This document shows, one piece after another, positions 1-8,451 of a stretch of 64,000 nt of DNA (within the stretch, counting starts at the first letter, position 1; each line of letters starts with the position of its first letter). A program made the position numbers and the translations under genes. Below the pieces are notes generated by a model, which was not told the DNA's origin, ran no database searches, and worked only from the letters and a program-made list of their open reading frames with translations. This DNA is from Azolla caroliniana (taxonomy: Eukaryota; Plantae; Polypodiophyta), in contig JBHGNT010000007.1 of NCBI GenBank assembly GCA_043228905.1, positions 21,638,001-21,702,000 of the forward strand. The letters run 5' to 3'.

Positions 1-1380
1 CGTCCCAACAATCATATCTTGTGTGAATCCATTCATATCTGCATCTTTGTGCAATGCCCTTGCAATCTCTAAAGCAATTTCTTTGGTCAATCTTCCATTA
101 GAGATCATACCTTCCTTTTCTGCAAGAATGGCACAAGCTTGAAGGGCCATCACGAATGTCAGCTTTTCAGGTCGAGAGCCATCTTGTTGCATCTGTCGAT
201 ATAATTGCAAAGCTTTCTCGGCTTTATGGTCATCAACATACGCAGAAAGCATTGCATTCCATGAGATAATATCACGAACAAGCATTGAACAAAAAACATT
301 CTCAGCTTGTGAGATCACCCCACACTTTCCATACACGCTCACAAGGGTATTCCTGACAATGAGCTCGGATCCATAACCATTTCGCAATGCATCTCTATGA
401 AGAGCATTTACAAGCTCTAGCAACGCAACAGCCTTGATTCGTTTCTCTTCGATTTTATGTGCTTCTTCCTTCTCCACAAGTAAGCCACATGCTTGAAGGG
501 TAACAACATATATAAGATCTTTCATTGCTACCATTTCTTCTTGCATCTGTCTATACAACCGCAAGGCCTTCCCACAGGCTCCTTGTTCAACATAGGCCGA
601 GAGCATGGATGTCCATGAAACAACATCATGCTTAGATATCATACAGAAGGCAGCCTCTGCATCAGTGATGCTACCACATTTGCCATACATACTAACAAGG
701 GTGCTACCAAGGTGAGGATCAGATGCCAAGCCCTTCGATCGAGCCTCATCGTGTAGCATCTTTCCTTGTACAAGGTCATGCATGTTGCCACATGCTTTGA
801 CTAGGCTAACAAGCGTATATCGGTTGGGTGTGATTCTTTCCTCTCGCATCTCTTGGTATAGACGAAGAGCATCGGCGAATCGGCCACAATCTACGTACGA
901 TGAGATGATAGCACTCCAAGAGAAGACTGTGCGGCGCGGCAAACCACGAGAGACATTCCATGCATCCTCGGCCCCGCCGCATTTGGCGAGGGTCACTACC
1001 ATGTAGTCGCCGAGGAATCCCTCTAACCCTATATGTTTACAACACATAACATGCTCATACACTTCCTTGGCATGTGGCAAGGACTTCTTGTGCATACAAG
1101 CCTTGAGGATGCAGACATATGTATCCAAGGAAGGTGCAGAATCCAAGAAGGCTGGGGAGAGGAGGATGGGCATGGCTCTCTCCAGCTGCCCTGTCTTGCA
1201 TAGACTTCGTACAAGGGCTTCTGGGCCATCATCATCATCAACATGATCAGCATCATGGGAGGATGTGTTGGGTCCATTGGAATGACCACCAGATGGGCAG
1301 GATCTGGATCTGAACTGCTTCCCCTGCTTCTGGTGTGTGTGACTCTGTTTCCATGTGCACAAAACAGGGGCCTTCTTCAT
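1..1380 (-). CDS. Pentatricopeptide repeat (PLS-class) protein, 5' part; runs off the window edge
   Basis: ATG at 1380 (in-frame TAA upstream), and the same frame reaches position 1 (460 codons). MKKAPVLCTWKQ... is followed by PPR motifs such as LGDYMVVTLAKCGGAEDAWNVSRGLPRRTVFSWSAIISSYVDCGRFADALRLYQEMREERITPNRYTLVSLVKACG. Missing from the ORF track because no stop lies in the window. Confidence 0.93.
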   Translation of the reverse strand, partial: MKKAPVLCTWKQSHTHQKQGKQFRSRSCPSGGHSNGPNTSSHDADHVDDDDGPEALVRSLCKTGQLERAMPILLSPAFLDSAPSLDTYVCILKACMHKKSLPHAKEVYEHVMCCKHIGLEGFLGDYMVVTLAKCGGAEDAWNVSRGLPRRTVFSWSAIISSYVDCGRFADALRLYQEMREERITPNRYTLVSLVKACGNMHDLVQGKMLHDEARSKGLASDPHLGSTLVSMYGKCGSITDAEAAFCMISKHDVVSWTSMLSAYVEQGACGKALRLYRQMQEEMVAMKDLIYVVTLQACGLLVEKEEAHKIEEKRIKAVALLELVNALHRDALRNGYGSELIVRNTLVSVYGKCGVISQAENVFCSMLVRDIISWNAMLSAYVDDHKAEKALQLYRQMQQDGSRPEKLTFVMALQACAILAEKEGMISNGRLTKEIALEIARALHKDADMNGFTQDMIVGT

Positions 1381-1556
1381 CACATGACACCCCCAAACAT
1401 GTGCTCTTTTCTTCCTTTTGTTTGCTTCATTTTATAAATCCTCTGTGATTCTTTCTCTTCCTAGTCATAGTCATAGTCATAGTCAGATTGAATGAAAAAT
1501 GCTTATCATACTACCATCTCCCGAAGCCTTAGTCGTTCTTCCTAGATGACCCTGTG

Positions 1557-2028
1557 TTAATCAAATCATCAACGGTTCGGTTCGAACCGAACCGTGAAAC
1601 CGCGGATTAACGGCTTAAACGGTTCGGCTCGAGCCTATTATTGGTTTAATGATTTCCAATTTAAATGGTTTGACAGTTTAGGATCGACACTCAGATCATT
1701 TTCTTAAATTGATTGTTTTCACATTTTAAGCCTCATTTTTTATATTTTAAAAAAAAACTTTGAGTTTTGAAAATTTTAAAATTTTCAAAATTTTAATGTA
1801 AACTTTTGGATTTTGACCTAACTTGTAAACCAAAACCGAACCACGAAACCGTGGTTTTAAAAGTTTAACAATTTGAAAGTGTCTAAAACCATATGGTTTG
1901 AGCTTGCGTTTTTTGTAATGGTTTGGTTTAAATGGTTTTGTGGTTCGGTTCAGTTTAAGTTTCAATTTTTTTTAACTGTTTGAGTTTGACACTCTTGAAT
2001 TGAACCGAACCGAACCATTGTCGATTAA
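1557..2028. mobile_element. Probable degenerate MITE (non-autonomous DNA transposon) upstream of the PPR gene
   Basis: Imperfect terminal inverted repeats TTAATC...GGTTCGGTTCG / CGAACCGAACC...GATTAA, many AACCG/CGGTT subterminal motifs and an AT-rich interior. No clear TSD. Confidence 0.55.
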
Positions 2029-2599
2029 TTGTTACTTAGGTTTCTTTATTCATTTCAGGGTATCCCCCCCCACCCCCAGTGGCTATTTGTTGTCTCGGAT
2101 AACTATTCCACGTGTTATTTGAGCAATTGTATCAATTTCCTATCTCTAGATGTACACATGTTTTTTCTTTCCTTACCGAGTATCTAGTCAAAATCATCCT
2201 CGCTTTGGAGGTTTGACTATCAAACTTTTTAAGGGAAACAAAGAAATCAAGGGACTTTTTCAATGATTAATTGCCGACTACGATATAGTTATGACCCAAT
2301 ATAGCTTCAAGGTTCATAATGGATGCATAAGGACCAAGTGATTATGAATTTTGCTCCCAAGGTGATATACACTATTTTACTCTTGGAGATATGTTTACCA
2401 CCATGTCATGGCAAGGATTGAGCCCTATGACCTATGCATACATATGCCAAGGACTTGGCCATTAAGCAATCTAATAGTTGTAATAATTATATTATGACAT
2501 AATCTTATAAAGGGTTGAACTCTATGTGAATGTGAACGTGTGGAAGCGTATTACAAACCGGCTCTACCGGATAGCAACAGTAGAGAGAAAGGTTCAATG

Positions 2600-3197
2600 T
2601 GTTGGGATTTCGGTCCCTTTCGGATGGGATGGTCGGATATCGGAGATGAATGCCGACAAGCCCGGTTTCGGTTTCGGATCCGAATGACGAAGACCCCGGC
2701 TTCGGTGCCGGATGACGAATGTACCCGGAGAGCGATCCGGATGCAGGGACATATCCGTGAATATGTTCGCTACGAGCCCCCTGAGGCTATAGTTGTAAAT
2801 AGCCCAAAGTCATATAAGTATAAATATGACTTAGGGCAAACAGTTTTTCTGTTGCTTCTCATTTTTCTGTTTTTCCACTTTAGAGGAGTGAAGAGAGAGC
2901 AGCCGTGCGAGAGAGAAAGAGGTAGACGCCTCTGTGTATTTCCGCCGCCTGTGGCGAGGACAGCGAGCTCAAGGTCGTCGCCTTGGAGCTCGTCATTGTA
3001 TACTTCTCTGTATAGTGTTGTTTGGAGTCTTGTACTCCCGTGGTTTTTCCCCGTTTAGGGTTTTCCACGTTAATCCTTGTGTACTCGCGTTTCTTCGTTT
3101 TGTTTCTACGTGTGTTTCCTATTTTCTGCTCCATTGATCCGCGATTAATCGGTTGTGGCCGAGATAAGAAGGTGGATAGAAGGGCCTATTCCTTACA
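2600..3197 (+). repeat. 5' LTR of copia A
   Basis: TGTTGG...TTACA, direct repeat of 7311-7908, followed by the PBS. Confidence 0.97.
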
Positions 3198-3200
3198 AAC

Positions 3201-3212
3201 TGGTATCAGAGC
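3201..3212 (+). promoter_or_regulatory. Primer-binding site (tRNA-iMet) of copia A
   Basis: TGGTATCAGAGC, 3 nt after the 5' LTR. Confidence 0.95.
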
Positions 3213-3226
3213 GACTGTTGCAGAAA

Positions 3227-6200
3227 ATGGAAGGCGGCGGCAGCGGGCAGCCGATGATGATGGTGCTGAATGCGCAGAATTACGCCGACTGGAAGATCAA
3301 GATGGAGGATCTTCTGATTGTTCGGGACCTGTACGAACCGATTGACAGGTCGGAAATACCGAAAGGGGTACTTGAGTCGGAGTGGAAGCTCCTGAACCGG
3401 AAAGCCGTAGCGACGATCCGACAATATGTCGATGTAAGCGTCCTACAACATGTGGCGAACGACACCAACGCATATGAGATGTGGAAGAAGCTGTCGGGCC
3501 TCTACGAGAGGAAGAATGCGTTGAACCGGACCTCCCTGATGAGGAAGATAGTGAACCTCAAGTACCGGGACGGCGAGAGTATGGTTGAACACGTAAGCAC
3601 GTTCATGGGATTCGTGAACCAGCTTGCGGCGATTAAGTTCCCGTTGGAGGATGCAATGCAAGCCATCATCCTGATGTGTACATTGCCAGAAAGCTGGGAG
3701 AACTTGGTGGTGACTCTCAGCACCTCCTGCACCGAAGATAACTTGTCCTTACAAACGGTAAAGACAAGTATTTTGAATGAAGAAGCGCGTCGGAGAGATA
3801 AAGAACCGGCCTCCGACCCGAAGATGTTGTTTACCGAATCGGATCGGGGAAGACAATGGAACCGGAGTCCGCAAAGACGGGAGAAGTCGGGGACCCGGTC
3901 GCAGTCAAGAGGAAGGCCCACATGCTTCCACTGTGGGAAGCCGGGGCACTTCCGAAAGAATTGTCGGCATTACCGAAAAGACAATGGAACCGACAACACC
4001 GATTCGAAGAAGTCACCGGAGAGAAACGGTGCATACCGGGGAGCCACGGACCGGAATGGTTCGGATCGGCGAGGACAGGACCGGAAAGGAACAACGGCAC
4101 TCGCGGCAAGTGAGGAAGAAATCATGCTCATCACCGAAGAAGGTGAGCTAAACGTTGCCGGCGATGAGACGACCTGGGTGGTCGATTCCGGAGCATCGTT
4201 CCACCTGACCCCGGAGAGAAGATACTTCTCATCCTACACAGCCGGTGAGCATGGCTGTGTTCGGATGGGAAATGAAGGTACGTGCCGGATTGCCGGCATA
4301 GGAGACGTGTGGCTGATGACATCAACCGGATGCAAGCTGCTGCTGAGGAATGTGCGACACGTTCCGGAGGTCCGATTGAACCTGATCTCGGCCGGGAGGC
4401 TAGACGATGAAGGCTACACAGGTAGCATCCGGAACGGCGTAATGAAGTTCAGCAAGGGGAGCCTGATAGTGGCTCGGGCCCGGAAAGTCAACACACTGTA
4501 CCTGATGAATGCCCGGTTATGTCCGGAAGAACTGAATGTGGCAGCCGACACTGCCGGTGAGCTGTGGCACAAGAGACTGTGCCACATGAGTGAGAAGGGG
4601 ATGAAGAGGCTTGCAGAAGACAACCTTATTCCAGTGAAGCATGTGCACCTGGAGAAGTGCACCGACTGCCTGGCCGGTAAGCAGAACCGAACCTCCTTCC
4701 ACTCAAGGCCACCGACGAGACGTAGCGCACCATTGGAGTTGGTGCACACTGACGTGTGTCAGGTAGAGACGAAGTCACATGGCGGAGCCCAGTACTTCGT
4801 AACATTCATCGATGATCATAGCCGAAAACTGTGGACGGCACCGATGAAGACAAAGGACCAAGTGTTGTCCGTCTTCAAAGAACTCCATGCGAGAGTGGAA
4901 AGAGAATCCGGCAAGAAGCTGAAAGCGATACGAGCGGATAACGGAGGGGAATACCGAGGGCAGTTCCAGGAGTACTGTCGCTCGAAGGGAATCCGACTCG
5001 AGTTTACTGTGCCGAAGACGCCGGAACTGAACGGGCTGGCCGAGAGGATGAACCGGACCATAATGGAGCGGGTCCGGAGTATGCTGGCGCATGCGAAATT
5101 ACCCAAGGGGTTTTGGGCTGAGGCAATGTCGACGGCGACATACGTGATAAACAGATCACCCTCAGTACCTTTGGACGGAGACACGCCGCAGAAAGTGTGG
5201 ACTGGTAAGGAAGTGTCCTACCGGCATCTGAAGGTGTTCGGGTGTCTCGCATACGTGCATGTGGCAAAGGACCGGAGAGGAAAGCTAGATCCGAAGACCC
5301 GGCCATGCATATTCCTCGGTTACGGCGACGACGAGTTCGGCTACCGAGTATGGGACCCGGTCGACAAGAAGATATTCCGGAGTCGTGATATCATCTTCAT
5401 GGAGAACAAGACGCTCGCCGACTGGGAGTCGGAGAAGAAGATGAAGAGCTCCAAGTCGACCGGTGAGGATCAACTCTACGAGGAGCAGTCCCGACCGGCA
5501 AGGGACCGGTTAGCACTCGAGGATCCGGCCGAAGACAGTGAAGACACAGAACCGGCCGAAGAAGATGAAAATGATACCGGAACCGGCCCCGATCCCGAAA
5601 TGGTCTCGGATGAAGAAGAATCGGAAGAACCGGTTACCGAAGCTCCGGAACGGAGATATCCTCTAAGAGAGAGAAGGGCCCCCCGGAGATTTCCGGAACC
5701 AGAGCACGTGCTGCTAACCGACGAGGGGGAGCCGGAGAGCTTTGAAGAAGCGAAGCATGACACCCAGAGCCGCAGGTGGTTGAGTGCCATGCAGGACGAG
5801 ATGGATTCCCTGCATGAGAACCACACATATGAACTTGTGGAGTTGCCGAAGGGAAAGCGGGCACTTCGAAACAAGTGGGTGTTCAAGCTGAAACCGGGAG
5901 ATGCCGGAAACCCCCCGAGATACAAAGCCAGGATCGTGGTGAAGGGGTTTCAGCAAAAGAAGGGCGTCGACTTCGACGAGATATTTGCCCCGGTAGTGAA
6001 GATGACCTCCATCCGGACGGTGCTGAGCATAGCGGCAAGCATGGACCTCGAGGTAGAACAGATGGACGTGAAGACAGCATTCCTTCACGGTGACCTCGAA
6101 GAAGAAATCTACATGCAGCAACCGGAAGGATTCGAGAAGAAAGGGAAGGAGCACCTGGTATGCCGGTTGAAGAAGAGCCTTTACGGACTGAAGCAGGCTC

Positions 6201-7300
6201 CCCGGCAATGGTACCGGAAGTTCGACTCCTTCATGACCGACGAAGGGTACCTCAAAACGCAGTCCGACCACTGCGTGTTTGTGAAGAAGTTTGAAGGAGG
6301 AGACTTCCTAATACTCCTCCTGTACGTGGACGACATGTTGATCGTCGGACGGGACCAGGTCAAGATACGGATGCTGAAGAAGGCTCTTCACCGAACCTTC
6401 TCAATGAAGGACCTGGGTCCGGCGAGGCAAATACTAGGGATGCACATCATCCGGGACCGGAAGAAGAAGCAGTTGTGGCTGTCACAGGAGAAGTACGTGA
6501 CAAAGGTGCTTCAACGGTTCAACATGTCGGAAGCAAGACCGGTCGGATCGACCCTCCCGGCAAACTGCAAGCTGACCAGCAAGCAAAGTCCCAAGACAAA
6601 GGCTGAAAAGGAGGATATGATGGAAGTGCCGTATGCCTCAGCCGTCGGGAGCTTGATGTACGCCATGGTGTGTACGAGACCGGACATAGGATATGCAGTC
6701 GGAGTGGTGAGCCGGTACATGAGCAATCCCGGCAAAGAGCACTGGAACGCGGTCAAGTGGATACTCCGATACCTGAAGGGCACGGCAAACGTGTGCCTCC
6801 GATTCGGCTCCGGTAAGCCCGAACTCGAAGGCTTTACTGATTCTGATATGTCGGCTGATGCAGATACCAGCCGGTCCACATCAGGGTATGTGATGACGTA
6901 TGCAGGGGGAGCTGTTTCGTGGCAGTCGAGGCTGCAGAAGACGGTTGCGTTGTCAACCACGGAGGCGGAGTACATGGCGGCTGTTGAAGCCGGCAAGGAA
7001 ATAATATGGATGAAGGACTTCATTAGAGAGCTCGGTATCCGGCAAGAGGAGTACCGACTCTACTGCGACAGTCAGAGTGCCATCCACCTTGCGAAGAACG
7101 CAGCCTATCACTCCCGGACGAAGCACATCCAGCGAAGATATCACTGGATCCGGGAAAGGATAGAAGACAAGGAGTTCGTGCTGACGAAGATCCACACCGA
7201 CGAGAACGGGTCGGATATGCTGACCAAGGTGCTCACACCCGACAAGCTGGAAGCATGCCGGAAGAGGATCGGATTGGAAAGACATCCCATGCCGAAGTGA
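3227..7300 (+). CDS. Gag-Pol polyprotein of copia A (~1357 aa)
   Basis: First ATG after the PBS is at 3227. Gag (YADWKIKMEDLL), zinc knuckle CFHCGKPGHFRKNC, PR WVVDSGAS, IN (LWHKRLCH..CTDC, HTDVC, DNGGEY, NGLAERMN), RT (QMDVKTAFLHG, LYVDDML), RH (FTDSD, YCDSQSA, SDMLTK). No stops. Confidence 0.97.
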   Translation: MEGGGSGQPMMMVLNAQNYADWKIKMEDLLIVRDLYEPIDRSEIPKGVLESEWKLLNRKAVATIRQYVDVSVLQHVANDTNAYEMWKKLSGLYERKNALNRTSLMRKIVNLKYRDGESMVEHVSTFMGFVNQLAAIKFPLEDAMQAIILMCTLPESWENLVVTLSTSCTEDNLSLQTVKTSILNEEARRRDKEPASDPKMLFTESDRGRQWNRSPQRREKSGTRSQSRGRPTCFHCGKPGHFRKNCRHYRKDNGTDNTDSKKSPERNGAYRGATDRNGSDRRGQDRKGTTALAASEEEIMLITEEGELNVAGDETTWVVDSGASFHLTPERRYFSSYTAGEHGCVRMGNEGTCRIAGIGDVWLMTSTGCKLLLRNVRHVPEVRLNLISAGRLDDEGYTGSIRNGVMKFSKGSLIVARARKVNTLYLMNARLCPEELNVAADTAGELWHKRLCHMSEKGMKRLAEDNLIPVKHVHLEKCTDCLAGKQNRTSFHSRPPTRRSAPLELVHTDVCQVETKSHGGAQYFVTFIDDHSRKLWTAPMKTKDQVLSVFKELHARVERESGKKLKAIRADNGGEYRGQFQEYCRSKGIRLEFTVPKTPELNGLAERMNRTIMERVRSMLAHAKLPKGFWAEAMSTATYVINRSPSVPLDGDTPQKVWTGKEVSYRHLKVFGCLAYVHVAKDRRGKLDPKTRPCIFLGYGDDEFGYRVWDPVDKKIFRSRDIIFMENKTLADWESEKKMKSSKSTGEDQLYEEQSRPARDRLALEDPAEDSEDTEPAEEDENDTGTGPDPEMVSDEEESEEPVTEAPERRYPLRERRAPRRFPEPEHVLLTDEGEPESFEEAKHDTQSRRWLSAMQDEMDSLHENHTYELVELPKGKRALRNKWVFKLKPGDAGNPPRYKARIVVKGFQQKKGVDFDEIFAPVVKMTSIRTVLSIAASMDLEVEQMDVKTAFLHGDLEEEIYMQQPEGFEKKGKEHLVCRLKKSLYGLKQAPRQWYRKFDSFMTDEGYLKTQSDHCVFVKKFEGGDFLILLLYVDDMLIVGRDQVKIRMLKKALHRTFSMKDLGPARQILGMHIIRDRKKKQLWLSQEKYVTKVLQRFNMSEARPVGSTLPANCKLTSKQSPKTKAEKEDMMEVPYASAVGSLMYAMVCTRPDIGYAVGVVSRYMSNPGKEHWNAVKWILRYLKGTANVCLRFGSGKPELEGFTDSDMSADADTSRSTSGYVMTYAGGAVSWQSRLQKTVALSTTEAEYMAAVEAGKEIIWMKDFIRELGIRQEEYRLYCDSQSAIHLAKNAAYHSRTKHIQRRYHWIRERIEDKEFVLTKIHTDENGSDMLTKVLTPDKLEACRKRIGLERHPMPK

Positions 7301-7310
7301 AGGGGGAGTT

Positions 7311-7908
7311 TGTTGGGATTTCGGTCCCTTTCGGATGGGATGGTCGGATATCGGAGATGAATGCCGACAAGCCCGGTTTCGGTTTCGGATCCGGATGACG
7401 AAGACCCCGGCTTCGGTGCCGGATGACGAATGTACCCGGAGAGCGATCCGGATGCAGGGACATATCCGTGAATATGTTCGCTACGAGCCCCCTGAGGCTA
7501 TAGTTGTAAATAGCCCAAAGTCATATAAGTATAAATATGACTTAGGGCAAACAGTTTTTCTGTTGCTTCTCATTTTTCTGTTTTTCCACTTTAGAGGAGT
7601 GAAGAGAGAGCAGCCGTGCGAGAGAGAAAGAGGTAGACGCCTCTGTGTATTTCCGCCGCCTGTGGCGAGGACAGCGAGCTCAAGGTCGTCGCCTTGGAGC
7701 TCGTCATTGTATACTTCTCTGTATAGTGTTGTTTGGAGTCTTGTACTCCCGTGGTTTTTCCCCGTTTAGGGTTTTCCACGTTAATCCTTGTGTACTCGCG
7801 TTTCTTCGTTTTGTTTCTACGTGTGTTTCCTATTTTCTGCTCCATTGATCCGCGATTAATCGGTTGTGGCCGAGATAAGAAGGTGGATAGAAGGGCCTAT
7901 TCCTTACA
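7311..7908 (+). repeat. 3' LTR of copia A
   Basis: Direct repeat of 2600-3197, preceded by the PPT. Confidence 0.97.
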
Positions 7909-8451
7909 CAATGGAAGCTTAACACATAGAATATGCACGGGAGAGATAGAGAGAGAGCAGAACGTAAACTCTATTCAAAAATTAATAACACTCTATAACT
8001 CTATACATACAATATGCTTGATAGCACTATTTATACAAGTCCTTGAAGGACTGGCGGAAGCACCATGTACTTCAATGCTCATACGAGTGGCTGACACTAA
8101 CTACGAGGACTCTGTCTACCAAGTAGTCTAGACGCGTATAGGCTACTACTAGCCTTCTGGTGCACATTTGAATACAGCTCCCCGATCAGGCTCATGGTTT
8201 CGGATATCATCTGGTTCTTCCCTCCGGATACCGATCCGGATCCAATTGAACTTGCTCGCTCAACACTCCCCCCCTCAAGCTCAACTTGACGTCGGATCGT
8301 GGTGTCAGTGTCTGTAGTAGCCGGTCCTTGCTCGCGCTCCTCGTCCGGTCCGGTTCTGCTTCCCACGACCCTTCCGGTTCTGCACTCCTTGACCTCCTTG
8401 GTCGGCTTGTCTGCTCAGCAGGCCCATCTCAACTCCCTTGTTGTTATGACT

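Larger units (their letters stand above)
2600..7908 (+). mobile_element. Ty1/copia LTR retrotransposon A (intact, Tnt1/Tork-like, very recent)
   Basis: 598-bp LTRs at 2600-3197 and 7311-7908 with one visible mismatch. TSD CAATG (2595-2599, 7909-7913). PBS TGGTATCAGAGC at 3201-3212; PPT AGGGGGAG at 7301-7308. Single uninterrupted gag-pol ORF. Confidence 0.98.
2525..8265 (-). repeat. 3' LTR of copia B, split by the insertion of copia A (2525-2599 and 7914-8265)
   Basis: Removing 2600-7913 gives a sequence colinear with the intact LTR at 20546-21033 (...AAAGGTTCAATG|GAAGCTTAACAC...). Confidence 0.93.

Noticed and set aside
3155-3226. N-terminal extension of the copia A ORF in the track
   Set aside because: It starts at a GTG inside the LTR and runs through the PBS; the first plausible start is the ATG at 3227.
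2600-7908. Horizontal transfer of copia A inferred from its high GC content
   Set aside because: The other two elements are also GC-rich and young elements have not yet decayed; composition alone is not evidence.
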